Below are positions 30,185 to 43,726 of a stretch of DNA of 64,000 bases, piece by piece. The notes beneath the pieces were generated by a model, which worked only from the letters and a program-made list of their open reading frames with translations, did not search any database and had not been told where the DNA came from. Location of the stretch: assembly GCA_964016885.1 (NCBI GenBank), contig OZ024743.1, forward strand, positions 55,924,001-55,988,000. The letters run 5' to 3'. The DNA is from Eledone cirrhosa. Taxonomy: Eukaryota. Each line of letters begins with the position of its first letter. Position 1 is the stretch's first letter. The position numbers and the translations under genes are program-made.

Positions 30185-30550
30185 CAATTGTTATCTCAAC
30201 AACAACTCATGTTGCTGACACATGAAAGAGTACCACCAAAACTGAAAAACAGCTTGATACTTTCTAACAAAGATGCTTCCAATAGATCCTGGGCATTAAA
30301 TGGCAAGACAGTATCACAAACAAAGATGTGCTTCGAAGAGCCAATGTCACACGCCTGAGTCTTGTCACCAAGAGTACAAGAATGGAACTGGCAGGGCATA
30401 TCCTATGAGTGTAGGACAATATATCAGTAAGAACTTCAATGTCATGGTTGCCAGCTGATTGGAAAAGACCAAAGGGTAGGCCAAAGAAAACCTGGAGATT
30501 CACCCTAAAAGATGACCTGCGTAGGTGTGCACAAACTGGTTTCAAACACT
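30185..30550 (+). pseudogene. RTE LINE RT C-terminal fragment
   Basis: ILGIKWQDSITNKDVLRRA...LAGHIL*...KRPKGRPKKTW. Confidence 0.75.
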
Positions 30551-30716
30551 AATCCTTACTTGAGTCAGGCAAGTAAAATTGAGATGGAGAGTTTGTGTTT
30601 CTTTGTGGTTTCTCTAGCCTCTCAATGACAAACCACAATAGAAACAGTTGCATTTTCAATTTCTTTTCCCTATATATATATATATATATATACGCACACA
30701 CATACACACACGCACA

Positions 30717-30843
<127 letters not shown>

Positions 30844-31358
30844 GTACGTGATGTATACAGGATAAAACATTTGACAGTCATTCGCTATTAATTATTTAAG
30901 GTTATGACCTCCGCCACACAACCCAAGTCTCACCAAAAACCAGGGGAAATCATCAGCAACGCTGTTTTAAACTTGTTAGTGGTTTTGAAGGCTGCATATA
31001 CACTTAGTTTCCGCTGAGAATAAGCTAGAATCTCATAGATTCCGCTGAGAATAAGCTAAAATCTCATAGATTCCTTGCCTATGTATATGAGCTGATGAGG
31101 CTCATTTGCATACGGGACGGTAGCCGGTCAGGCTTAAAATAAGATAGAAATTAGTCTAGGTGCTACACGATTGCGTTGCCCACATATATATATATATATA
31201 TATATACGTATTGTAGTATATATATATATACAGATGCGAGAAAAACCACAAACATCCCATCTCAATTCTACTTTTGAAAATCATAAGAACTGTGAAACCG
31301 GTAAAGGAAACAAATAAATATTCTTAAAAAGACTCCAGTTGCATTTTCGATTTCTTTT

Positions 31359-31422
<64 letters not shown>

Positions 31423-31768
31423 AATAGGGGCTTCACAGGACAAAGACAATGTAAAAAACAACGGAAAGACGGAGTCCCATCTCCTCAGTCATCCTCTGGA
31501 AATCACTACGGTTTCGGATAATTAAGGTAGATACCATTCATTGCATATTGGGACATAAGAAAAGAGGTAGAGACAATTTACGCCTTCAGGCAAATTACAC
31601 AAATATTTAGTGTGTAAGGGCTTAGCCAAAGGATAAATAGTAAAACAGAAGAGAAAGTGTAAAATATGTATTCTATGATATAATCGGGAGAGGATATCTA
31701 CGGACTGTATCATAGTCCATGAGTAGATTGTGTTTATGTACGTGTGCCTATGTTTGTGTGTGCGTGTG

Positions 31769-31815
<47 letters not shown>

Positions 31816-31926
31816 GTGTGTGTGTGTGCGAGTGGTGAAAACATTTTTGAAATGACATGAGGTGGCGTAGAAAAAAAAAGAGACAGTATGAAGAATAGAA
31901 ATCCATAGAGAGAAAGAGAGAGAATA

Positions 31927-31968
<42 letters not shown>

Positions 31969-32049
31969 CAGCAACGGTGGTGGTGGGGGTAGTAGTATTA
32001 GCGATGGCGGTAGAAGAAGAAGAAGAAGAAGAAGAAGAAGAAGAAGAAG

Positions 32050-32080
<31 letters not shown>

Positions 32081-32219
32081 GCTGGAGGAGGAGGAGAAGG
32101 AGGGGGGTTGAAGGCAATGATTACTTGATTTGAGTGGAAGAGGTCAACTCACATATCTCACTGGGCTGTCATCAACTGGGACCGCCATTATCATTAGCTG
32201 TAGCTAACATATCTTGCAA

Positions 32220-33360
32220 CACCATCACCACCACCATCATCACCATCATCACCACCACTACCATCACCACCACCATCATCACCACCATCACCATCATCAC
32301 CATCATCACCACCACTACCATCACCACCACCATCATCACCACCATCACCATCATCACCACCACTACCATCACCACCACCATCATCACCATCATCACCATC
32401 ATCACCACCACTACCATCACCACCACCATCATCACCATCATCACCATCATCACCACCACTACCATCACCACCACCATCATCACCACCATCACCATCATCA
32501 CCATCACCACCATCACCACCATCACCACCACCACCATCACCATCATCACCACCACTACCATCACCACCACCATCATCACCATCATCACCATCATCACCAC
32601 CACTACCATCACCACCACCATCATCACCATCATCACCATCATCACCACCACTACCATCACCACCACCATCATCACCACCATCACCATCATCACCACCACT
32701 ACCATCACCACCATCACCACCACCATCATCACCATCATCACCACCACTACCATCACCACCACCATGATCACCATCATCACCACCACTACCATCACCACCA
32801 CCATCATCACCATCATCACCATCATCACCACCACTACCATCACCACCACCATCATCACCATCATCACCATCATCACCACCACTACCATCACCACCACCAT
32901 CATCACCACCATCACCATCATCACCACCACTACCATCACCACCATCACCACCACCATCATCACCATCATCACCACCACTACCATCACCACCACCATCATC
33001 ACCACCATCACCATCATCACCACCACTACCATCACCACCATCACCACCACCATCATCACCATCATCACCACCACTACCATCACCACCACCATCATCACCA
33101 CCATCACCATCATCACCACCACTACCATCACCACCACCATCATCACCACCATCACCATCATCACCACCACTACCATCACCATCACCATCATCACCATCAT
33201 CACCATCATCACCACCACTACCATCACCATCACCATCATCACCATCATCACCATCATCACCATCATCACCGACAACACTATCATCACCATCATCACCATC
33301 ATCATCGACATCACCATCATCACCATCATCACCATCAACACTATCATCATCATCGCCACC
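32220..33360. repeat. (CAC/CAT) higher-order minisatellite, units marked by CACTAC
   Basis: Directly visible; source of the poly-H, poly-IT and poly-GD ORFs. Confidence 0.95.
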
Positions 33361-33827
33361 ATGGCAGTCATGGTGGTCAACTTTACTCAATATGACACTG
33401 AGAAGTAGCAGCAGTACTGACCCATTTTTTGACCCCTGAATTAATCATAAACACAATGTCAAGATGGCGGCCAAGCATTCTTACTACATATATTCCATGG
33501 ATAGTTATTGTTACTTCACAAAAGAAATATAGGAATAGATTTCTGTTGGGCTCGTCGATTAGTGTTCCAGTTGTTCGATCAATGCTTAGGAAATAAACGT
33601 TTAAGTGACTGATTATTCCACAGACACGTGTACCCATAACGTAATTCTCAGGGATATCAAATTTCAATAATTCTACACAAACACACTGAGGCACACACAC
33701 TGAGGCACACACACATACACACTCTCAGATACACACGCACACACGCACACACATGTATATATACACACACATATAGCGATGATTACAAGAAGAAACCGTC
33801 TGTTTTCGTGGTTGAATATTTCAGAGA

Positions 33828-33937
33828 TACGTGTACCCATAACAGGTGATTATCAAGGAAAATCAGACTTCAGTCATTCTACATACACACACACACGCAC
33901 AGAGGCACAGAGACCCCCCCCCCCCTCCGCACACACG

Positions 33938-33987
<50 letters not shown>

Positions 33988-34117
33988 GTAGTAGTAGTAT
34001 ATATATATATGTGTGCGGAGGGGGGGGGGGGTCTCTGTGCCTCTGTGCGTGTGTGTGTGTATGTAGAATGACTGAAGTCTGATTTTCCTTGATAATCACC
34101 TGTTATGGGTACACGTA
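33828..34117. repeat. Perfect ~105-bp inverted duplication around a (CA)n/(TA)n spacer
   Basis: 33828-33934 is the reverse complement of 34011-34117. Confidence 0.9.
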
Positions 34118-35100
34118 TATAAAATTGAAGAATTATTAGATAAAATATATACAGTATTTCCTCTCCTTAGTCCGTATAAATCAACCACATAAATAATCAT
34201 TTAAACGAAGCTATAAGTTTAAAATGTAACTATGAAGAAATAATAGACAAATGATACAGACTATCTTCCGCGAGGGTCAGCCAGATAAATTTTACCTAGT
34301 TATTTCTTTTAGCCCGTAGAAATTGACTAGACAAATAATCAACTACACGGAGTTAGGTATAAAATAGAAGTTTGAAGAAAAAATGCATATAAACTTTACC
34401 AAAATTCCTCTAATCTCGACTACCGGTAGTTTCGTTCCTTTTCTGTAGATATACCCGATCTTGGATTCATCCACGAGGCTTGGAACTCATTAAGAGACGC
34501 CCCGAGTCTGGACTAAAGTTTCTACCATGATCCCCGCCAGAAATGAATTCAAACATGGCTAAGAACTATCACGTGGCTAGCGGTCAAGGCAGAAATTTGT
34601 GATTAGTTGCCTGTCGGCAAGTAGGCTGGTTACTAAAAAGCGCAGCCAGATACTGCCTAAAGTTTTACTCAACCTTACGGGAGTATATATTAAATTCAAA
34701 GGGATATATGTATATAATTAGACATAGTCACAGATACATATATGAGTTTGGCTACCTTTCACGGTGTGGCTCAATGAAGAATTAATTAAGAAGATAATCA
34801 TTAATCAGAGCTATATATAAAATTGCATATATATATTTATATATACATACACACACACAAACACACACATGCGTGCAGAATATATATAAAAAAAAAGAAT
34901 AAGGAACGTGTATGTATATGAGATAGTACACAAGAGAAGTATGAGATACACACGTGGGTCTGTATACGGGAAATACATTAGGTATTCGTTTTATATTATA
35001 TCATACTCTGCTCTGTAAGAGCATAGAGTGCTCAGCCGGCATACCGCCTATGGAAGCATCTTAGCTACCATCAGACACACACACACATATATATATATAC

Positions 35101-35142
<42 letters not shown>

Positions 35143-36199
35143 AGATCAAAAGATGGTTAAAAGAGTTCCATGTATTTTATTATGCACATTTCAAAAACAA
35201 ATATCATCATGCAATAACATTTGCGTTTTCGTCAGATAAAATAGGGAGACATGATATGAAGGTTAAAACACACTTGTGAATAGTGCAGTTTTAAATCAAC
35301 ATATGAAAAGTAGTTTTAGATTGATGTATGATATTGGGGAAAAAAATGTTATGGGGGGGGTGAAAAAGAGGAGGAGATGAGAGTAAAAAGTGGAGAGGGG
35401 GGGTATAATGAGGAAGGATGAGATAGGAGGAGAGATGGGTGATAGAGAAAGAGAGATAGCTTTTATAACTGAGAAAAATATATTGTTTTACGTAGAGGTT
35501 GAAAAACCGTTGGAAGATAATATATAAAGTAAAAGAATTTGAAAATTAACGAAGAGAAAAATAATGTTAAGTTAAGGTTTGTATATTGAAGGGTTTAATA
35601 ATATGTGGGATGAAAAGAAATTGTTAATATGTATTAAGAATAATATTTAAGGGTTTAATAATATGTGCGATGGAAAGAAATTGTTGATGTGTATTATTAA
35701 AAAAATATAAAAATATAGCAATAGTAATGTAATTAAGGATATATTGTGAAAGAAGTAGAAGATTGGATGAATAAGTTAGATGAGCATGAAAGGGAGAAAA
35801 AAATAATGAATTGAGGATGAATAATCTAACGTCAAAAAAATGTTTATCTTTACGAAGGATTTTTTCGAGGTGATATAAAGTAAGAATATATTGTGCTGTG
35901 TAATAATTGTTTCTACGTTAGGCACAATGATAATTGAGAAGTATCAAGGAGGAAAAGGTACAGATTAGGAGTTAGAAATTAAAAGAAAAAGAAAAAGAAA
36001 AAAGGAAAAGAAAAGGAAAAAAGAAAGAAAGGGAAGTGATAAATAGGAGTAATATAGAATGAGTAACTAGTATTATATAATGTATAATAAATAACTTTGA
36101 AATAAGGTAGAAAGATGGGTATATTTTTAAAGAAATATATATGTATATATATATATGCGCCTTTGAGAAAAGGATTTTAAATTGATAAAGTATTAGATA

Positions 36200-37348
36200 T
36201 TAGCTGTATACTTTATGGAATGTTCTGTGGAATTTATGCAAGCAGAGAGAAAACAAATCAGTGCGTCTATTTATTATAGAATCTAAATTAGATATAATGG
36301 TAAATTTTTCACTTAAACAGAGATTGCATGTCTTGGATAGAGAACTGTTCAAGTATAGAGAAGCAGAAGAAACCTTTTTCCAAGAGATGTTATAGTTAAT
36401 ATTTTTGTCTTTCAAGGACCATATGAGTTCTGAGAGTGCCGTGTTGGTTCTTTTAAGTTGGTATTTAAAAGACGAATGATGATTATAAAGACGAGCTTTA
36501 AAGGAGGTGGAAGTGGAGCCAAAATAGGTGAAGGAATTGGTGTCAGTTATAACTTTACATTCGTAGATTAATTTTTTTTCAAGACAATGGTTGTTGAGAG
36601 GACATTTATTTTTAACAGGGCAATTGCAATTGCTATTAGAGAGATTAGCAGAGTTATTAACAAGTGACCTATTGTTATCTATAGAAGGAATTGGATTGGA
36701 GAAGTTATTTACGATAGGAATACTAGTTTCTTGATTTAGAATGGGATTAAGAACATTTAGCGAAGTTGCGTTTGACGTTGTATTTGGGTTTGCAGAAATT
36801 AGCCTAGAGTTTACAATGACGTCGGGAGTACTATTACTATTATTATGATATTCAATGTTGGAAGGAAGAGATTTAGTATTTAGTATTTTATTGTTGTGTT
36901 TAGAGATAATGTTGGAGATGTTGGAGGAGGTCGAATAGGAAAATTTTATAGTGTGTTTGTTAAATATTTTACTATAGATATGTGAGGGAGGGAAGCATTT
37001 ATTTAAGGCACTAAAGAATAATTTAGGAATATTATTATTAATAGAGATGGAGAAAGGAGCATTATACCAGATTATGTTTTTGTATCTAGGTCTTTTATTA
37101 AAGTTATTGGAATGATCATGATTAATTATTCTACTGTAAGATCTTCTAGAATTTGTTTCTTTACTATATTTGATTTTATCAGGATAACCGGCTTTAGAAA
37201 GCGCGTTATTATAGTAATTGGCGTTAGCATCAAAGATGTTTTTATTAGAAGATAGGTTAGATATTCTTTTTCCAATATTACTAACTATAACATTCTTAAT
37301 ATTAGTGGGGTGGTTAGATTTAAAATTAACATAATTTAGGTTCTCATT
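36200..37348 (-). CDS. PLE RT thumb + linker + GIY-YIG, uninterrupted ~383-codon frame lacking its start
   Basis: Manual translation: NENLNYVNFKSNHP...KRISNLSS...YYNNALSKAGY...IIWYNAPFS...IKFSYS...CNCPVKNKCPL...LIYECKV...YFGSTSTSFKARLYNH...CNLC...CLH. Confidence 0.85.
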   Translation of the reverse strand, partial: NENLNYVNFKSNHPTNIKNVIVSNIGKRISNLSSNKNIFDANANYYNNALSKAGYPDKIKYSKETNSRRSYSRIINHDHSNNFNKRPRYKNIIWYNAPFSISINNNIPKLFFSALNKCFPPSHIYSKIFNKHTIKFSYSTSSNISNIISKHNNKILNTKSLPSNIEYHNNSNSTPDVIVNSRLISANPNTTSNATSLNVLNPILNQETSIPIVNNFSNPIPSIDNNRSLVNNSANLSNSNCNCPVKNKCPLNNHCLEKKLIYECKVITDTNSFTYFGSTSTSFKARLYNHHSSFKYQLKRTNTALSELIWSLKDKNINYNISWKKVSSASLYLNSSLSKTCNLCLSEKFTIISNLDSIINRRTDLFSLCLHKFHRTFHKVYS

Positions 37349-37685
37349 GTTTCTCTTCGTTAATTTTCAAATTCTTTTAATTTATATATTATCTTCCAAC
37401 GGTTTTTCAACCTCTCAATGTAAAACAATATATTTTTTCTCAGTTATAAAAGCTATCTCTCTCTCTCTATCACCCATTTCTCCTCCTATCTCATCCTTCC
37501 TCATTATACTCCTCCCCCTCCACTTTTTACTCTCATCTCCTCCTCTTTTTCATCCTTTCCAACCTCCCCCTCCACCTCAAAATTTTGTTTCCCAATATCA
37601 CACATCAATCTGAAACTACTTTTCATATGTTGATCTAAAACTGCACTATTCACAAGTGTGTTTTAACCTTCATATCATGTCTCCC

Positions 37686-37756
37686 TATTTTATCTGACGA
37701 AAACGCAAATGTTATTGCATGATGATATTTGTTTTTGAAATGCGCATAATAAAATA
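37686..37756 (+). ncRNA. Type I hammerhead ribozyme (inverse copy at 35173-35243)
   Basis: TATTTTAT-CTGACGA-stem II-GAAA-TGCGCA-TA-ATAAAATA. Confidence 0.85.
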
Positions 37757-37879
37757 CATGGAACTCTTTTAACCATCTTTTGATCTTATATATTATTTAT
37801 ACTCCAGTCCTACAAACTGTAGAGTGCTTCTTATCCGATATCTGCATTGCTTTATTGTACTACAATAAAACTCACCTCC

Positions 37880-37926
<47 letters not shown>

Positions 37927-38138
37927 GAGATAGAGCGTCCGTGATGTTTTCTCTGATCAGAGCAAACATCACGGACGCTCTATCTCAAAATTATTTTTGA
38001 AAAGCATTTAGAAATGCGCAACCGGTAAAACTTAAAACCAAAACTGAATACTAACCAATACAATTACTAATTCTCATTTATTCCTAATTAAACTATTTTT
38101 CACTGTGAACAATTTGTCAGCATTTTCTATTCCGTTTA

Positions 38139-38213
<75 letters not shown>

Positions 38214-39633
38214 CTGTATATATATATTTGTGTGTCTGGTGGTAGCTAAGATGCTTCCATAGGCGGTATGCCGGCTGAGCACTCTATGCTCTTACAGAGC
38301 AGAGTATGATATAATATAAAACGAATACCTAATGTATTTTCCGCATACAGACCCACGTGTGTATCTCATACTTCTCTTGTGTACTATCTCATATACATAC
38401 ACGTTCCTTCTGTTTTTTATATATATTCTGCACGCATTTTCTGTGTACGGTCTGCGCATACTATGTACTGTAAGACCATGAACGCCCTTTATGTGGCTTT
38501 GCGTGAAGATTCCATACGTGGATTGATCCATGTTCGCAACGTAACATCTCTGTAGACACACATCTGGGCGCACTCTTTCATGTATAGAACACTGTGTATC
38601 TCTATGTGCCGTTATATGTATATTTTTAATATATTTCATATTTTTATATATATATATGTATATACGTATAATGTATGTATATATATATATGTATATATTT
38701 TTTTTTATATGTGTACATGTTTATAACAAGATGCATCCTTTTATGTACGACCCATTGTGTATCTTTATATGACTTTGTGTATATTCTGTTTATGTATATA
38801 TATAGATATATTTTTTTTATCCGTGCGTGGGTGTGTATGGGAATATGCGCTTATTTGTAAGAGTGTATATGGGCCAGTGTGTGTGTGTGTGTACAAGCAC
38901 CACTGTAAGGAAAGGGCTTGTTTGTGTGTGTATATATATATATATATATATCTTTATATATATATATGCGTGTTTACGAGCGAGTGTGTATCTGTGCGTG
39001 TATATATGGGTACGTGTGTGTATATGTATGTGTGCGTGGGTGGAGGGGGGGTCTATGTACATGTCTGTACGTGTTTGTGTGTACGTGTATACTTACGCGT
39101 ATGCATGTGTATGAGCATGTGTGTGTGCGTGTTGATGTATATAGGCTTGTGGGCATGTGTCGATGTATGTACGTGCCTCTCTGGATGCATGTATGCGTAT
39201 GTTTATATGTTTATATGTTCTCCTTAATGTGTGGGTATAGCGGGAGTCTATACGTACGACTGTCGTTGTGTGGTTGTGTGTGTGTGTCTGAGTGCGCGCG
39301 TAGATGTGTGAACTACCAAACACAGCAGTAATTCATTGAAGTGTAGCAGACATGGAAAGGGCGGACTGATACCTGTTGTCAGATTTATGATGACGTAGCC
39401 AACCAGCAGCCAATCACTGGACGCGCGAAGAGGATGAAGTTTTTGACGGTACTGGCCCAGAGGGTCAGATACCCCAGTGAGAGAATATGCTCCGAAATCA
39501 TTAGAACTGTCCATCGAACCTGCGGATCTAGAACAGACAGATCCACACACTGATTGTGTCCCGAGCTGTCCGCCGGCGAAACAATTGTAACACACAATAA
39601 ATTGAGTTCAGATGCATCACTGATTTTTCGTTT

Positions 39634-39695
<62 letters not shown>

Positions 39696-39700
<5 letters not shown>

Positions 39701-40072
39701 TAAACGGAAAAGAAAATGCTGACAAATTGTTCACAGTGAAAAATAGTTTAATTAGGTATAAGTGAAAATTAGTAATAGTATTGGTTAGTATTCAGTTTTG
39801 GTTTTAAGTTTTACCGGCTGCGCATTTCTAATGCTTTTCAAAAATAATTTTGAGATAGAGCAGCAAACATCACGGGCGCTCTATCTCAAAATTATTTTTG
39901 AAAAGCATTAGAAATGCGCAACCGGTAAAACTTAAAACCAAAACTGAATACTAACCAATATTATTACTAATTTTTACTTATTCCTAATTAAACTATTTTT
40001 CACTGTGAACAATTTGTCAGCATTTTCTTTTCCGTTTACCAATATATCATAACTCGTGTGTTACACCTCTAT

Positions 40073-40079
<7 letters not shown>
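39696..40079. mobile_element. Family G inverted pair in (TA)n
   Basis: 39696-39861 is the inverse of 39877-40045. Confidence 0.7.
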
Positions 40080-40117
<38 letters not shown>

Positions 40118-40159
40118 GGAAGTTATAGTTCACTTGAAGCATTGTGTAATGAGGTATAA

Positions 40160-40365
40160 ACGTTTGTGTTTGTAAAGCCACAACAATGCAGGTACGGATA
40201 TAGAATATAAATGTAAATGCAAAAGATATTGTTGACAATTAGTCTTTTACCTTAAATTTATTTAAATAAATTTAAGGTAAAAGACTGATTGTCAACAATA
40301 TCTTTTGCATTTGAATTTATATTCTATATCCATACCTGCATTGTTGTGGCTTTACAAATACAAAC

Positions 40366-40372
<7 letters not shown>
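40160..40372. repeat. ~210-bp near-perfect palindrome centred near 40263, in (TA)n
   Basis: CCTTAAATTTATTTAAATAAATTTAAGG centre, with arms matching for about 100 bp. Confidence 0.85.
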
Positions 40373-40429
<57 letters not shown>

Positions 40430-41300
40430 TGGCCGCAAAGTCTGATAAGAGTATTACAATCACTTGTCAGATTATAGAGTTTGGTGTACCGCCAGCCACA
40501 CAAACCTGTAACATATCCTGAACAAGAAATGCCTGTGCTTTGAAGGGTTTTTAAGTGAGGAAAGGCCTTGCACTCGACCAATCCCACTCTCTGAGCATCG
40601 AAAACACCCAATACCATAGTAGGTGCTAATAATTTCATTAAGATAGAGTTAGTGTCTTGTTACTCTGGAGTTTCTCCAGAATGTTACAAATAAAATTGCT
40701 GGAAGAGATGTATGTCTCTTGCACTCGAACTTGTTTCCTAGGCATTGAAATATTACCGCATTAAATAAAGTATTTTTATGTTCACTTTTCTACACAAATC
40801 ACCACATTTATTGTGTGATAACAGTAGTAGAATAAGCTAAGTTTCAGATTGCGAGGGAGAGAATGAGGAGGTAGACACAACTATAAGAAGAAGTAAAGAG
40901 AAGAAATGGTATCGGTAGGAGGTTAGGTAATGGAAATAGATAAACCAAGAGGAATGGGAAGAGGAAAGATAACGTAAAAATAAGTAATTGAACTTACGTA
41001 TATAAGACATGCAATGTCATTATAGAGGAGAATCGATAAAGAAGAAGATAAAGCTGAGAATCTGCTATAAATGTATGGACGTCTATAAAAAGGTGATGTT
41101 GTGGTTCTAGTGTTTTGTCAGTATGAATCAGATATTGAATGGACAGAGAGAAATCAAAGAGAAAAATGAGCTTCGGAAATATCTTGGGATAGGAAAAATC
41201 AGGAAATGACACGAAGTACCCAATATTGTATTGAAACCATCCAGCGATGCAGATTACATAATGCATTGACCAAAAAGTGTTAAAGTCACTTTCATAACTT

Positions 41301-41334
<34 letters not shown>

Positions 41335-41439
41335 GCATCATCGTCGTCCTTGTTTTCATCATTATCATTATCATCATAATCGTGCATGTCATCATAATTA
41401 TCATTATTATCATCATCATCGGTATTTGAACTCAGTCCT

Positions 41440-41570
41440 TTACGGACTGAGTTCAAATCCCGCCGAGGTTGACTTTGCCTTTCATCCTTACGGGGTCGAT
41501 AAAATAAAGTACCAGTAATGCACTGGGATAATTGCTGGCCTTGTGCCAAAAGTAGAAACAATTATTATCA
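41440..41570 (+). mobile_element. tRNA-derived SINE, 5'-truncated
   Basis: B box GAGTTCAAATCC and family tail. Confidence 0.75.
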
Positions 41571-41732
41571 ACGTCGTCATCATCATTATCAACATCACCA
41601 TCATCATCACGGACTTCGACTTATCATCGTCGTTGTCATCGTCATCATCCTCTTCCTCCTTGTTATCATCATCATCATCGACATCGTTTTTATCATCGTT
41701 GTCATCGTCATCAATCTCCTCATTATTATCAC

Positions 41733-41767
<35 letters not shown>

Positions 41768-41818
41768 CTATCATCATCAATGTCATCATCATCATCACCA
41801 TCATTACCATCATCATCG

Positions 41819-41854
<36 letters not shown>

Positions 41855-42140
41855 CCAACATTGTTATCGCCATCATCATCATCATCACCATCACCGTCGC
41901 CATCATCATCACCATCATCATCATCATCATCACCATCATTGTCATCACCATCACCATCGCCATCATCACCATCATCATTATCACCACCACCATCATCATT
42001 ATCACCACCATCACCGTCACCATCGCCATCATCATCATCATCATCACCATCGTCATCACCACCATCATCACCATCATCACCATCACCATCATCACCATCA
42101 TCACCATCACCACCATCGTCACCACCATCAGCATCATCAG
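41570..42140. repeat. (CAT)n-rich compound repeat
   Basis: Directly visible. Confidence 0.95.
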
Positions 42141-42459
42141 CTTAACTAAAGTAGACTAGTCAGTGGAGATAGAGCCGCAGATAAAATGGAGTTTAAATCT
42201 GTTGGACTTTCATTGCATGATAGTAAATGTGATCGTGGCATTGTGGCAGGCATCATGTTGCATAACCATCAGAAAGAGAAGATCGATTCATCATAGTGTA
42301 ATATTATTGCTCTGGTCATGATTGATATTTTTGGTGGGGTGGACAGTGGGGGGGGGGGTGCTGTTGCTGTTTTTTGTTTTTGTTTTGTTCTTGTTTTTAT
42401 TTTTTTAGAGAGGTCACGTGAGAACAACAGAAAGTTGGGTTGTTTTTTTTAAATCATCC

Positions 42460-43450
42460 GTGTGTGTGTTTCTGTATGTGTGTGTGTTTGTGTATGTGTG
42501 TATGTTTATTTATGTATGTTTGTGTATATGTATGTGTTTGTAAGTGTGTGTGTGTGTGTGTATGTGTTTGTGTGTATGTTTGTGTGTGTGTGTTTGTAAG
42601 TGTGTGTGGGTATGTGTGTGTTTGTAAGTGTGTGTGTATGTTTATGTATGTTTGTGTCTATGTGTGTGTTTGTAAGTGTGTGTGGGTATGTGTGTGTTTG
42701 TAAGTGTGTGTGTATGTTTATGTATGTTTGTGTCTATGTGTGTGTTTGTAAGTGTGTGTGTGTTTGTGTATGTGTGTGTGGGTATGTGTGTGTTTGTAAG
42801 TGTGTGTGGGTATGTGTGTGTTTGTGTATGTGTGTGTGGGTATGTGTGTGTTTGTAAGTATGTGTGGGCATGTGTGTGTTTGTAACTGTATGTGTGTGTG
42901 AATGTTTGTGTATATGTGTGTGTTTGTGTATATGTGTGTGTTTGTAAGTGTGTGTGAATGTTTGTGTGTGAGTATGTGTGTGTTTGTGTAGGTGCGTATG
43001 TTTGTGAGTGTGTGAGTATGTTTGAGTGTGTGAGAGTGAGCGTGTGTGTGTGAATGTGTGTGTATGTGGGTGAGTGTATGTGTGTGTATGTTTGTGAGAG
43101 TGTGTGAGCGTGTATGACTATCTTTGGGTGTGTGCGTGTGTGCGTTTGAGTGTGTGTATGTTCGTGAGTGTGTCTATATGTTTCTGGGTGTGTGTTTGTG
43201 TGTGTGTGTATTTGTGAGTGTATTTATGTTTAGGTGTGTGTGCATGTGTGTGAGTGTGTGTGCGTATACGTGTGTGTATGTGTGAGTGTGTCTGTGTGTA
43301 TGTGTGTATGTTTGTGTTTGTGTGTATGTTTGTGCGTGTGTGTATATTTGTGAGTGTGTTCATGTGTGTATGTGTGTGTGTGTATGTGTATTTTGTGTGT
43401 TTATGTGTGTTTGGAAGTCTGTGTATGTATGTTTTGTGTGTGTGTGTGTG
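42460..43450. repeat. Degenerate (TG)n compound repeat
   Basis: Directly visible. Confidence 0.95.
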
Positions 43451-43506
43451 AACGCAGCATTGGCGAGCAGTTAAGACGTTCGCTTCATAAAGATTAAGTC
43501 CTAGGT

Positions 43507-43726
43507 CAGGTATGTCAAACTAAGGGTCCCCCAAGGACCACATGGGTCACATATGTTTTGTCTGAGGGCCACACACGGCAACTAATTGGGCACATTACAA
43601 CTATTTTATTTTTATTTTATAGTACAAAGATAAAACCTGCGCGCGCTGTAAAAACCCTTGTGCGGGCCGCAGGCATGCTTGTAAAGGGCCGCATGCAGCC
43701 CGCGGGTCGGATGTTTGACATGCCTG
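43507..43726. mobile_element. hAT (Charlie-like) MITE inserted in a CORE-type SINE
   Basis: TIRs CAGGTATGTCAAAC / GTTTGACATGCCTG; 8-bp TSD TCCTAGGT/TCCTATGT. Confidence 0.85.

Larger units (their letters stand above)
35134..37882 (-). mobile_element. 5'-truncated PLE family C with inverted pLTR (37350-37882)
   Basis: 35134-35560 is the inverse of 37350-37797; the inverted arm carries an extra ~85-bp tail; hammerheads in both arms. Confidence 0.9.

Noticed and set aside
31085-31150. CTGATGA followed by GGCT...AGCC
   Set aside because: No GAAA directly after the putative stem II, so no valid hammerhead core.
31270-31310. TTGAAAA...GAAA-CCGG-TA-AAGGA hammerhead-like relic
   Set aside because: Core mutated at two positions; at best a dead copy.
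32134-33408. Poly-His, Gly-Asp and mucin-like ~400-aa ORFs
   Set aside because: Trinucleotide minisatellite open in several frames on both strands; no unique coding flanks or splice evidence.
39330-39635. GC-richer segment with a 115-aa ORF as a possible exon
   Set aside because: Ends in GAAACAATTGTA...TGCATCACTGATT, like the 1230-1290 PLE tail; no recognisable protein.
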